Source: Macrostomum lignano (Eukaryota). Taken from it: a stretch of 64,000 nucleotides of DNA. Positions 39,248 through 52,500 of the stretch are shown here, piece after piece. The notes below the pieces were generated by a model. It did no database searches. It was not told the DNA's origin and was given only the letters and a program-made list of their open reading frames with translations. The stretch covers positions 62,001 to 126,000 of the forward strand of contig NIVC01002654.1 of NCBI GenBank assembly GCA_002269645.1, read 5' to 3'. The stretch's first letter is position 1. Every line of letters begins with the position of its first letter. Made by a program: the position numbers and the translations under genes.

Positions 39248-41667
39248 TTTGACAAGGCAGACATAACTAGCTTTGTTGAGTTGTTGTCAGCGCCAATCAC
39301 TGGCTTTGGTTTTGAAGCATCCTTTCTAATTGAAGACACCTGCAGCTCTGTGGCCTGATTAGACTTAAAAGTGTCATGGCTTTGGGTTGTTGTAGGAGCC
39401 AGAAATTGGAAAACTGGATGCAATTCAGGCATGGTTGTGGAATAACATTTGCATGCAAATATTTTGGACACTTGCTATGAGCTTATAATATTATAGGCCA
39501 ACTAATTATATTTGTTAATTATTAATGCTATTAAGTTACTTAGTTGCATGGGGGTTGCAGCTTGGCATACTTGGCTTAAAGCAAAATTGTTACATAGCTA
39601 GCAAGGAATTCCAAATTAGTCCTCTACTTGTTCTTCTATATTGGTATTATATTCAGATTATTTCAAATATACTCAACATTTATTATCAACAACATTGAAA
39701 GTCATTGTAAAAATTATTCAACATACACAGTTATTATAAGTTATATAGATAATCCAGCCAAAAAAATATATTATTTATGTTTTTTTGATTTTACCTAACT
39801 TTTCACTTAAGTCATATTGTCTAAAATGCAAGGCATTATTTAAAAGTGAGGTAGTTATTTAATTCCTAATTATTTTTATTTCTCTTGGATAAAGCACCCA
39901 TTAATAAATGATTAAGAATTCTTTACAGCAATTTTTTACTATTGACAACATATAATATATTTGAATGATTGATCATTCTTCTATTATTGTTTGATTATAT
40001 TTAAAAATAGTTTAATAATATGGGTAAATAATAATTCATAAAATTGGGAGACATTTTTTTAAGTTAAAAATAATGATTTAATAGCCTATGGCAATGACTC
40101 AATAAGAAAGTTGCAAGTGTATAAGAATATAATAAGATCCCTTAAACAAAGTTTGTCCCAAAAAACTATATAGTTGTGATTATATTACTCTAGTAGGTAA
40201 AAACAATTTAAAAACTTGAATATTGAAAAAAAATCGTCTATGGGTGCTGATTTGCAGAAAATGTAGCAATATTAATAGGCCTATAACGTACTTGCGAACA
40301 ATGTCATTATGTCAATAAAGATACTTAAATAAAACAGTGAAGCAACAAGGCATTTAAAGATACTAAACTTAAAAAAATGAATTAGGAAGAACCATAGGAT
40401 CTAGAGTGGACTAAAAATAAGTTGTAATAACGCGAAAGCAGTTCTTTGCATTAAGGAAGAAGTAAGAACCGAGGAAAGGAACCAATCCTGGTTAGAAAAA
40501 AGGATTATGAAATCATGCCCTCAATAACAATAGCAGCCAATGTATACACTTTTTGCTTCCTAACTAAAATTAAAGTTTTTTTTAAACGAATATTGCATAT
40601 ATTTTTCGCCCGTAACCTGTTATTTCCAGAGAGAAACTGGTATATCTACACAAGTGACTAATCAAAACGCAATCTGAAACTTATAGATCCTCGCCGGGAT
40701 ATCCTGGAAATTGGACATTTCAAATTTTAGATGAAATATTTTTATACCAATGTAGTAAAAACTTGGCGCACTTTTAAATTTCATATACTTTTTTGTTCAG
40801 GCTAAAGTATTTGTTTTCAATAAGAAAAAATAACTTTTAAAAATGTTTTTTATTTGTTGAGATGGTGAGTTCTCTTTTTTAAAAAGCATTCTTTGTTCCC
40901 GGAAATAGAATTCGTCGGTCGGTCCAAGGCGCAAGTTAGTTAGCAACATATGTGTTCTGGTGTTAGACATGTCACCTTTTTAGTAGTCGTAGTTAATTTA
41001 GCAGCATATGAGTAATATATCACTTAGTAAATCGCTTTTTTTAAGTGGCTAGAGTTTTTTATTATTGTTAAAAAATCATGCGTCACCTCACATGTCATAA
41101 TTGATTTCTATTCTATAAATAACCATGCCTAACAATCCTAACATGCATGCTTCGCATGTTCAGTTTTTGGAAATAGGCCATAGGTCTAGCCTACTTCAGT
41201 AATAATAGTGTTATTTATAATTAGTAAAAATGTATAGAAAATTCCTAAATACAATGTCAATGTGGTTTGGTGTATTCATACATATTTGTAAGCTAATTTA
41301 GGCCTACCAAATTAATTTACTAAAGAAATAAGTATTTATTGAACATTGCAAGAATTATAGGGATTTAGGATTCTAGGAATTTAAGAATAAACTATCTACT
41401 TTGCTTAGGCCCTAAATCTAATGTTGCTAAGAGTAAAGTATACACTGCAAAAATGCCAAATAGGGGCCTTAATTTAAAAAAATATTGATATCTAAAAACA
41501 ACAAATAAATGAATTAGACCTAATTCTAAGCAAATCAATATTGATAAATACTACCTAATTTTTATATCCTAATAAAATACTTCACTAAAACCTACCAACA
41601 TATGCTAGGAGCATATATTGATATATGCTCTATTCTTTGCTCTATTTGACGCATTTATAGACCTATA

Positions 41668-42385
41668 NNNNNNNNNNNNNNNNNNNNNNNNNNNNNNNNN
41701 NNNNNNNNNNNNNNNNNNNNNNNNNNNNNNNNNNNNNNNNNNNNNNNNNNNNNNNNNNNNNNNNNNNNNNNNNNNNNNNNNNNNNNNNNNNNNNNNNNNN
41801 NNNNNNNNNNNNNNNNNNNNNNNNNNNNNNNNNNNNNNNNNNNNNNNNNNNNNNNNNNNNNNNNNNNNNNNNNNNNNNNNNNNNNNNNNNNNNNNNNNNN
41901 NNNNNNNNNNNNNNNNNNNNNNNNNNNNNNNNNNNNNNNNNNNNNNNNNNNNNNNNNNNNNNNNNNNNNNNNNNNNNNNNNNNNNNNNNNNNNNNNNNNN
42001 NNNNNNNNNNNNNNNNNNNNNNNNNNNNNNNNNNNNNNNNNNNNNNNNNNNNNNNNNNNNNNNNNNNNNNNNNNNNNNNNNNNNNNNNNNNNNNNNNNNN
42101 NNNNNNNNNNNNNNNNNNNNNNNNNNNNNNNNNNNNNNNNNNNNNNNNNNNNNNNNNNNNNNNNNNNNNNNNNNNNNNNNNNNNNNNNNNNNNNNNNNNN
42201 NNNNNNNNNNNNNNNNNNNNNNNNNNNNNNNNNNNNNNNNNNNNNNNNNNNNNNNNNNNNNNNNNNNNNNNNNNNNNNNNNNNNNNNNNNNNNNNNNNNN
42301 NNNNNNNNNNNNNNNNNNNNNNNNNNNNNNNNNNNNNNNNNNNNNNNNNNNNNNNNNNNNNNNNNNNNNNNNNNNNNNNNNNNNN
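41668..42385. other. Assembly gap (718 N)
   Basis: Run of N; the true size is unknown. Confidence 1.
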
Positions 42386-44778
42386 TTGAATTCATCTCTC
42401 CAGTTTCTGCGTAGAATCAGAGTTGTTTGACCGGCCTTCAATGGCTTCAGCCGCTAGCCCAGCTTCAATTGAATTCATCTCTCCAGTTTCTGCGTAGAAT
42501 CAGAGTTGTTTGACCGGCCTTCAATGCTTCAGCCGCTAGCCCAGCTTCAATTGAATTCATCTCTCCAGTTTCTGCGTAGAATCAGAGTTGTTTGACCGGC
42601 CTTCAATGGCTTCAGCCGCTAGCCCAGCTTCAATTGAATTCATCTCTCCAGTTTCTGCGTAGAATCAGAGTTGTTTGACCGGCCTTCAATGGCTTCAGCC
42701 GCTAGCCCAGCTTCAATTGAATTCATCTCTCCAGTTTCTGCGTAGAATCAGAGTTGTTTGACCGGCCTTCAATGGCTTCAGCCGCTAGCCCAGCTTCAAT
42801 TGAATTCATCTCTCCAGTTTCTGCGTAGAATCAGAGTTGTTTGACCGGCCTTCAATGGCTTCAGCCGCTAGCCCAGCTTCAATTGAATTCATCTCTCCAG
42901 TTTCTGCGTAGAATCAGAGTTGTTTGACCGGCCTTCAATGGCTTCAGCCGCTAGCCCAGCTTCAATTGAATTCATCTCTCCAGTTTCTGCGTAGAATCAG
43001 AGTTGTTTGACCGGCCTTCAATGGCTTCAGCCGCTAGCCCAGCTTCAATTGAATTCATCTCTCCAGTTTCTGCGTAGAATCAGAGTTGTTTGACCGGCCT
43101 TCAATGGCTTCAGCCGCTAGCCCAGCTTCAATTGAATTCATCTCTCCAGTTTCTGCGTAGAATCAGAGTTGTTTGACCGGCCTTCAATGGCTTCAGCCGC
43201 TAGCCCAGCTTCAATTGAATTCATCTCTCCAGTTTCTGCGTCGAATCAGAGTTGTTTGACCGGCCTTCAATGGCTTCAGCCGCTAGCCCAGCTTCAATTG
43301 AATTCATCTCTCCAGTTTCTGCGTAGAATCAGAGTTGTTTGACCGGCCTTCAATGGCTTCAGCCGCTAGCCCAGCTTCAATTGAATTCATCTCTCCAGTT
43401 TCTGCGTAGAATCAGAGTTGTTTGACCGGCCTTCAATGGCTTCAGCCGCTAGCCCAGCTTCAATTGAATTCATCTCTCCAGTTTCTGCGTAGAATCAGAG
43501 TTGTTTGACCGGCCTTCAATGGCTTCAGCCGCTAGCCCAGCTTCAATTGAATTCATCTCTCCAGTTTCTGCGTCGAATCAGAGTTGTTTGACCGGCCTTC
43601 AATGGCTTCAGCCGCTAGCCCAGCTTCAATTGAATTCATCTCTCCAGTTTCTGCGTAGAATCAGAGTTGTTTGACCGGCCTTCAATGGCTTCAGCCGCTA
43701 GCCCAGCTTCAATTGAATTCATCTCTCCAGTTTCTGCGTAGAATCAGAGTTGTTTGACCGGCCTTCAATGGCTTCAGCCGCTAGCCCAGCTTCAATTGAA
43801 TTCATCTCTCCAGTTTCTGCGTAGAATCAGAGTTGTTTGACCGGCCTTCAATGGCTTCAGCCGCTAGCCCAGCTTCAATTGAATTCATCTCTCCAGTTTC
43901 TGCGTAGAATCAGAGTTGTTTGACCGGCCTTCAATGGCTTCAGCCGCTAGCCCAGCTTCAATTGAATTCATCTCTCCAGTTTCTGCGTAGAATCAGAGTT
44001 GTTTGACCGGCCTTCAATGGCTTCAGCCGCTAGCCCAGCTTCAATTGAATTCATCTCTCCAGTTTCTGCGTAGAATCAGAGTTGTTTGACCGGCCTTCAA
44101 TGGCTTCAGCCGCTAGCCCAGCTTCAATTGAATTCATCTCTCCAGTTTCTGCGTAGAATCAGAGTTGTTTGACCGGCCTTCAATGGCTTCAGCCGCTAGC
44201 CCAGCTTCAATTGAATTCATCTCTCCAGTTTCTGCGTAGAATCAGAGTTGTTTGACCGGCCTTCAATGGCTTCAGCCGCTAGCCCAGCTTCAATTGAATT
44301 CATCTCTCCAGTTTCTGCGTCGAATCAGAGTTGTTTGACCGGCCTTCAATGGCTTCAGCCGCTAGCCCAGCTTCAATTGAATTCATCTCTCCAGTTTCTG
44401 CGTAGAATCAGAGTTGTTTGACCGGCCTTCAATGGCTTCAGCCGCTAGCCCAGCTTCAATTGAATTCATCTCTCCAGTTTCTGCGTAGAATCAGAGTTGT
44501 TTGACCGGCCTTCAATGGCTTCAGCCGCTAGCCCAGCTTCAATTGAATTCATCTCTCCAGTTTCTGCGTCGAATCAGAGTTGTTTGACCGGCCTTCAATG
44601 GCTTCAGCCGCTAGCCCAGCTTCAATTGAATTCATCTCTCCAGTTTCTGCGTAGAATCAGAGTTGTTTGACCGGCCTTCAATGGCTTCAGCCGCTAGCCC
44701 AGCTTCAATTGAATTCATCTCTCCAGTTTCTGCGTAGAATCAGAGTTGTTTGACCGGCCTTCAATGGCTTCAGCCGCT
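42386..44778. repeat. 83-bp satellite, about 29 near-identical copies, abutting the gap
   Basis: Unit TTGAATTCATCTCTCCAGTTTCTGCGTAGAATCAGAGTTGTTTGACCGGCCTTCAATGGCTTCAGCCGCTAGCCCAGCTTCAA. I saw only an A/C variant (GCGTAG/GCGTCG) and one 1-bp deletion. Confidence 0.97.
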
Positions 44779-44857
44779 CATTCTAAGGTTTTAAAATAAT
44801 CGAAAACAATATTTATGTTTCTTCGGCCTATTTCCGTGTTCTTCTTGGCACATAGAC

Positions 44858-45133
44858 CAGATGTGCAACCGACAGCTCAGCCGCAGCTATTGCGCGGCGC
44901 ATCTGAAGGCTGCGTACGGCTGTTCAGTCCAAGGACTGGGGGTCGCCACACACACCCTCAATTACCCCAGTTAATGCTGGCACCCATTTTACAGCTGGTT
45001 GAACTGAAGCAATGCAGAGTTAAGTGTCTTGCTCAAGGACACAGATTGTTCTAAGTGGGTCGAGAATGGAACCCCCGACCTTCAAGTCGTGAGTCCGACG
45101 CTCTAAGCCTCTAACCTCTAGGCTACAACCCCC
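44858..45133 (-). mobile_element. tRNA-derived CORE-like SINE (family A), copy 1
   Basis: The minus strand has a tRNA-like head (GGGGTTGTAGCCTAG...GAAGGTCGGGGGTTC) followed by TGTGTCCTTGAGCAAGACACTTAAC...CAGCTGTAAAATGGGT, which resembles the MIR/CORE consensus. Second copy at 54096-54363. Confidence 0.8.
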
Positions 45134-45394
45134 TCTTGGCACAAGGAACAGGCTTTGACACAACCATGGCTATGATTAGTTTTGCTACTTTATTGAAATA
45201 CCTTTTAAAATCAGTTTCGATTTAATTTTTAATGTATTATGCTCTTCAACAGTGATTAGCCGTCAGCTTTGCTAAATTACTCGTAATTACTCTACAAACA
45301 GCTGCACTGCTAGTGTATCACTTTTCAGTTAATTAAGACAGTTCATAACAAATAAGGATCCCCTGATGGGCTGGTACTAGAACAGTCTAGTGCT

Positions 45395-45790
45395 TTTGTT
45401 AGGCAGCAGACAGGAGGGCAGCGACCCAGGCTGGATTTCAAGTGCAGTCACATTAATTTGGGACTAGACTGGAATCTCGGCTTACCTCTGCTCCTGCAAT
45501 TAACGCCCTTGAGTCCCAACCCCCAAGGTACAGGGAAGTGTACATGGCTAACGATAATTAAAGTTAGAGCCGCTGTACACTCCTGTGTGAGTGTGTGCCT
45601 TACCTGTGCGTATGACTGCGTACGTATCCGCGCGCTTGTGTGCCTGCTCAGACGAGTCTGTGGAATGGGTAGCAATGCCTCTTGCCGATTGTGTGACCAT
45701 GTCGCTTAAAGTGCGCCAGGTCGTACACAGTCCCCTGCTTGCATAGGGTTGCATAGGTCTGGCGAACAATCCGAGTCTTCGGATAATTCA
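45395..45790 (+). mobile_element. SINE family B copy
   Basis: Shares its body with 30668-30850 and the central GCCGCTGTACAC..TGTGTGAG with 48808-49140. Confidence 0.65.
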
Positions 45791-48007
45791 ATAGTGTTTA
45801 GTTTTTGCTCTTCAAGTATAGGTTATAGCCCGTACACTACTTTTACAGCACAAAATTTCGCTAACGAAAATGACTCACAACTACAAAGATGGGACTGTGA
45901 ATTGCAGGAAGTGTCTCCTGCTGGCATCTTGTTGAACAGGCTCTCCACTTTCTACGAAATCTAATAGTCCGGGTAAGACTGGCTCTGGGTGCCGTCTACA
46001 AGGCCGTAATTTGCATGTCTGCACTTCCACGGAAGCGCCGCATCGCCGACACTGCAGCAATATTTAGTTCGATCTCTCCTCTCGCGGTCTTTCGTCACTG
46101 CGTCTAGGGCATTGCATTCGCCATTAGGCTTTTGACATATGATAGAAAATTTAATATGTTCAGCCCGTGCGATGATGGAGAAAAAATGTAGAATCGCACA
46201 TTTGGATGCTGGATTGGGGTGAGAGAATTTGTCGGTTAGGAATAATTCGACACAGCTTCTATGCGACACTACGGTGCTTGTGGCGCGTTTGCCTTAGTGC
46301 CTATGCTGATGCGAACTGGCGGCTCAGCACGGTCGGCAAATTCGATTTAGTGCTGTCGCCAATTTTGTAGCTGTCCTCTTCTCGCCCATTTTTTGCTCAG
46401 CTGTGGTCTTGCCATCTCGACGCTCGTCGGTTTTTTTGGTCTTCGGTCATTCCAAAGCAGACGAGCGCTTCTGCAAGCTTCTATTGTTAGCCTGACGGAA
46501 TCAAATGTTGCCGTCTTTATCCGAGGTGCCTGTTGGTAGACAGCGGTGTCTGGCGGGTTTTAATGCGCCTGTCCATCCGAAAATGAATATTGCATGACAG
46601 TGTTTCAGCAGCTGAAAATCTGCTTTTAGATTGACCCTGCCAACACTGGCATGGGTCTGGCCTTGCGCCGCATCGATTTATCGGGAATCAAACGCTTCCC
46701 TAATCTCTCTTATTTATTTCTCCCTCCCGTTGCTGCCGGCCACACTTAGCTGACTCTACCCTGCTTTCTCTGTTTTTCTCATCCCTGCCAACCCTCTCTC
46801 AGTTCTATAGGCTTCTCTATCTTTTTCTATTCTCGCCTGCTACCACTCGGCGCTTTCCAACGCCTGGAGGGCCTCGCGTTTGAAATGATAAATCAGTTGG
46901 ATGCGGGGTCTCTATCCCTCTCTATTCCCGTTCCCATCTATCCCTGCCTGCGAGCTGTTTGTCTCTATGGCTCCCCAGCTCAGATAGCCGTTCCACCCCC
47001 CTCTCCTAGCCATCCGATATCCCACAACAGCACACCCCGTCCCCAATCTTGGCCCTGGCTACTGCAAGCCTCTATAGTCTGCTTTCTTTCACTCTCTTCC
47101 CCCTATCAACCATTTCTTTGGTTTCCTCTCTCAGCTGCTCTGCTGCAGATGCATAGATCTGCTGGCGCATATGCTAGGTTGCTAGTGATGAAACCTAACG
47201 CATGTCTGTGACAGCCAACATAGTAAAAGGGGGTAGTGATCACTTCGTAGCTTCGTAAGGCTTTAAAGCTTTGTAGACATTTGCTAGACAACACAGTGCG
47301 ACTCAGTATAACTGACTATAGATATGATCTGAAGCCATCAGAATTCGTTTTGCTGAAGATCTGCTTAGCGCATAGGCACTAGACATACTGACATTATTGT
47401 AAGTGCAATGCCAAATGTACTAAGTGTTAAGCTTATCATTCCCAAGTTCCTGCTAAAGTTTGCTCTTGAAACAGATAAGGCTGATAATGGACTCGTGCAG
47501 TCTCTATATAATAATACTAAATAAGTAGTATTTATGCTTACTCTTTTCTTACGGTATGCGGCCCCTGGGCGCTCCATTCAGATTATATTTCGCGAGCATC
47601 TCCTCGTGGGACATTGCGGTGTGCCGCCATTCGTCTCGCTTTCTACTTTTCGTCCCGTTTGCCTCCCTTCTAGCTACCGGCTGGCCTCTTGTTTGCCGCT
47701 TGAAAAATGAATTTTCTTCTGCCCTCGCTGCATTATACACGAACCATGTATGTATCTCGCGTTCCTTTGGGATTGCCGCCGTCTCTAGTCTTATTTCAAT
47801 ATTTCCTTTTGACTCGGTGCTCTTGTCTTTTTTATTTTTGTATTTCATTTTATTCCCTTTTCCCGTCCGCAATCCCCAGTGGCGGCTGCCGTGATTTTAT
47901 GCTAATAATGTCAGGACTGAATGCTACGGGCCATGCGATCTGATCTATGTTCCCTATCTCCGATAATAATCTGACTTTGCCCCCCGTTTTTCACTACAAA
48001 CTTGCAG

Positions 48008-49545
48008 CTATGGCGACATTGTGCCGTCCACCATTATCGGCAAAATAGTTGGCGGTGTCTGCTCTTTATCCGGCGTCCTTGTTATCGCCCTGCCCGTGCC
48101 AGTCATTGTGTCGAATTTTTCCCGCATCTACCATCAGAATCAGCGGGCAGACAAGCGTAAGGCGCAAAAGGTACGTCATTTATTATTATTACTTAAACTA
48201 TATGCAAGTCCAGCAGCTGCACATCACCTTCTCAGTGTTCACGGTCTCTTCATTGATCCATCTATGCCAAGTTGCACCATAGTTGAATGGTAAATGCTAA
48301 GAAATGCCAGTTGGTGCATAAGGGCCTCCCAAATTATGCGATTGTGCTCAAAGGTAATCAATGTTTGCAAATAATAGTCATTTCATCATCAGTATTGTTT
48401 AACCTCTGTCCAAAGTACCAAAATGGCAGTAAATTTAGTCTGCACCGAGCCTGATTGATTTTCACTTTCATGTCACTCTCCCAGAGCTGATTTCGAAGGC
48501 ATAAGGACATGCTGCTGCTCTCATTTCCTTTTGCATTTAACTTTTCCTGCAGAGAAGTTAGAGAGAAAAATACGAATGCATTTCTAATCTCAAAATCGAT
48601 TATTATATTCAGGTGATTTTATTCCTCAAAGATTTCTATTTTTTAGCTAGACTTAATTATTTGACATCTCTCAACAAATGCAAATTTTGCGAACTGGAAG
48701 CAGCTTTCTAGTATTTACTTTGTTTTTGCGGCGCTTTAAATTCTCAAAATTGAGTACATACTCGTATCAAATCATAATTATAAAATTTTACCCATCAGTG
48801 TGCTTTGTGGCAGAGCAGCTCGGTGGTAAGCGCGTCTTGAGTCTCGCGCCACCACCCCTGCGCTAAACACATTGATTTGGGGCTTGTAAACGAATTAATT
48901 GGCCAAGAGGTTGGCGTGCCATTCACAGCCATGAGGGCCAACCCCCAAGGCATCACGATGCCTGACGGTTAGCAAGTCAGGGCCGCTGTACATTCTGTGT
49001 GAGAGTGTGTATAAGTGCGTGCCTGCGTACAGCATTGGAGTCAGCGGAATGGGCAGAATCGCCTCACCGCTGATTGCGAGACGATGTCACCGAAGGCGTT
49101 GCGCCAGGGTGCCCGCAGTTCTGCGAATGGTTACTTGACCTTGAGTTGAGAGCCCCAGAATCTTATAAATGCTTAAATAGACCGACTGTGAGAACTATTC
49201 GTCTCCTGTTCTGTCGGCATTTGATCTTACGGTCTGCGAGGCCTGTCATGTCAACTCCAATCCGATTGTAGAAGGCCCGGCTGGCCCGGATTCGCATGGC
49301 TAAGAACGCCTCGGGTGCCGCTTTTATTAGCAGCAAAAAACGGGCCGAGGAGCGTCAGCGACTCCAGGAGACGGAGATTGGAGGCGCTGAATGCGGCAGC
49401 ATCAGGGGCAGCGGCGCCGGCGACGATTCGGGATCGTCGGCAGACAGAAGGGAGGACGTGTTCGAATTGCAGCATCATCACCTGCTCACCTGCCTTGAGC
49501 GGACTACCGTGAGTGTAGATTAGAAGGCTAGAAGCACTGTCTGTC

Positions 49546-49578
<33 letters not shown>

Positions 49579-52500
49579 GTTTGTCTGTCTGTCTGTCTTA
49601 GTGTGTCTGTCTGCCTGTTTTACTGTCTTGTTGTCTGTCTGTGTTAGTGTCTGTCTGTCTGTCTTAGTGTCTGTCTGTCTGTCTTAGTGTCTGTCTGGCA
49701 GTCTGTCTCTGTCTGTCTACTCGCCTATGTAATCCTACTCGCCTATACGCAGGAGCGAGAATTCGTCGAGTTAGATCAGCTGACACAGCTGCCCGTGTGC
49801 AGCAGTCAGCAGCAGCCGCAGCCGGCGTCTCCCGCGACCGGCAGCGACGCGTCGATCGCGGGCGCCGACACCGAGCTGAGCCCGGGCGGTCCGGCCAGCT
49901 GCTTCAAGGGCCGCTGGCGCCGGGGCTCCCGGGAGGCGCGGACATATTTGGTGAGAATTTTTCCATTGATTATAATGATAGCTACATTTGCTGTAATTCT
50001 TAGTTTAGATATACACTTCCACTACTATTATTAGTATATTATTTAACTATTTTTGATAGATTATTAATTTTCGTAGACTTTTTAGTTGACTGGCGCAACA
50101 AGTTTTTGTCAAGTAATTTCGAGATAAAATAATTTAACTATTTAGCATTCGAACGTTAAAACCTTTTCTTGTTGTTTGCAATTGCATTTACCTGAGTGAC
50201 GTTTAAAATGAGTAGCAATATGCTCAGCCCCATGCCAGTCAGAGTGCTCGCTATGGAATATGATGGAGCTGTTATTGTGCTCAGCCTCATGCCAGTCAGA
50301 GTGCTCGCTATGGAATATGATGGAGCTGTTATTGTGCTCAGCCCCATGCCAGTCAGAGTGCTCGCTATGGAATATGATGGAGCTGTTATTGTGCTCAGCC
50401 CCATGCCAGTCAGAGTGCTCGCTATGGAATATGATGGAGCTGTTATTGTGCTCAGCCTCATGCCAGTCAGAGTGCTCGCTATGGAATATGATGGAGCTGT
50501 TATTGTGCTCAGCCTCATGCCAGTCAGAGTGCTCGCTATGGAATATGATGGAGCTGTTATTGTGCTCAGCCTCATGCCAGTCAGAGTGCTCGCTATGGAA
50601 TATGATGGAGCTGTTATTGTGCTCAGCCTCATGCCAGTCAGAGTGCTCGCTATGGAATATGATGGAGCTGTTATTGTGCTCAGCCTCATGCCAGTCAGAG
50701 TGCTCGCTATGGAATATGATGGAGCTGTTATTGTGCTCAGCCCCATGCCAGTCAGAGTGCTCGCTATGGAATATGATGGAGCTGTTATTGTGCTCAGCCT
50801 CATGCCAGTCAGAGTGCTCGCTATGGAATATGATGGAGCTGTTATTGTGCTCAGCCTCATGCCAGTCAGAGTGCTCGCTATGGAATATGATGGAGCTGTT
50901 ATTGTGCTCAGCCCCATGCCAGTCAGAGTGCTCGCTATGGAATATGATGGAGCTGTTATTGTGCTCAGCCCCATGCCAGTCAGAGTGCTCGCTATGGAAT
51001 ATGATGGAGCTGTTATTGTGCTCAGCCTCATGCCAGTCAGAGTGCTCGCTATGGAATATGATGGAGCTGTTATTGTGCTCAGCCTCATGCCAGTCAGAGT
51101 GCTCGCTATGGAATATGATGGAGCTGTTATTGTGCTCAGCCCATGCCAGTCAGAGTGCTCGCTATGGAATATGATGGAGCTGTTATTGTGCTCAGCCTCA
51201 TGCCAGTCAGAGTGCTCGCTATGGAATATGATGGAGCTGTTATTGTGCTCAGCCTCATGCCAGTCAGAGTGCTCGCTATGGAATATGATGGAGCTGTTAT
51301 TGTGCTCAGCCCCATGCCAGTCAGAGTGCTCGCTATGGAATATGATGGAGCTGTTATTGTGCTCAGCCTCATGCCAGTCAGAGTGCTCGCTATGGAATAT
51401 GATGGAGCTGTTATTGTGCTCAGCCCCATGCCAGTCAGAGTGCTCGCTATGGAATATGATGGAGCTGTTATTGTGCTCAGCCTCATGCCAGTCAGAGTGC
51501 TCGCTATGGAATATGATGGAGCTGTTATTGTGCTCAGCCTCATGCCAGTCAGAGTGCTCGCTATGGAATATGATGGAGCTGTTATTGTGCTCAGCCCATG
51601 CCAGTCAGAGTGCTCGCTATGGAATATGATGGAGCTGTTATTGTGCTCAGCCTCATGCCAGTCAGAGTGCTCGCTATGGAATATGATGGAGCTGTTATTG
51701 TGCTCAGCCTCATGCCAGTCAGAGTGCTCGCTATGGAATATGATGGAGCTGTTATTGTGCTCAGCCCCATGCCAGTCAGAGTGCTCGCTATGGAATATGA
51801 TGGAGCTGTTATTGTGCTCAGCCTCATGCCAGTCAGAGTGCTCGCTATGGAATATGATGGAGCTGTTATTGTGCTCAGCCCATGCCAGTCAGAGTGCTCG
51901 CTATGGAATATGATGGAGCTGTTATTGTGCTCAGCCCATGCCAGTCAGAGTGCTCGCTATGGAATATGATGGAGCTGTTATTGTGCTCAGCCTCATGCCA
52001 GTCAGAGTGCTCGCTATGGAATATGATGGAGCTGTTATTGTGCTCAGCCTCATGCCAGTCAGAGTGCTCGCTATGGAATATGATGGAGCTGTTATTGTGC
52101 TCAGCCCATGCCAGTCAGAGTGCTCGCTATGGAATATGATGGAGCTGTTATTGTGCTCAGCCTCATGCCAGTCAGAGTGCTCGCTATGGAATATGATGGA
52201 GCTGTTATTGTGCTCAGCCTCATGCCAGTCAGAGTGCTCGCTATGGAATATGATGGAGCTGTTATTGTGCTCAGCCCATGCCAGTCAGAGTGCTCGCTAT
52301 GGAATATGATGGAGCTGTTATTGTGCTCAGCCTCATGCCAGTCAGAGTGCTCGCTATGGAATATGATGGAGCTGTTATTGTGCTCAGCCTCATGCCAGTC
52401 AGAGTGCTCGCTATGGAATATGATGGAGCTGTTATTGTGCTCAGCCTCATGCCAGTCAGAGTGCTCGCTATGGAATATGATGGAGCTGTTATTGCGCTCA

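Noticed and set aside
39300-41667. Genes or elements in the AT-rich stretch upstream of PARP4
   Set aside because: No ORFs, terminal repeats or motifs that I could support.
41605-42441. ORFs spanning the N run
   Set aside because: Artefacts of translating the gap.
45790-47130. Degenerate LINE remnant on the minus strand (QCRRCGASVE...LLDFVES)
   Set aside because: Only a weak Cys motif among many stops and no recognisable RT motif; not supportable without a search.
47549-47872. 107-aa basic ORF ending at a GTAAG donor-like site
   Set aside because: No recognisable domain and no compatible partner exon found.
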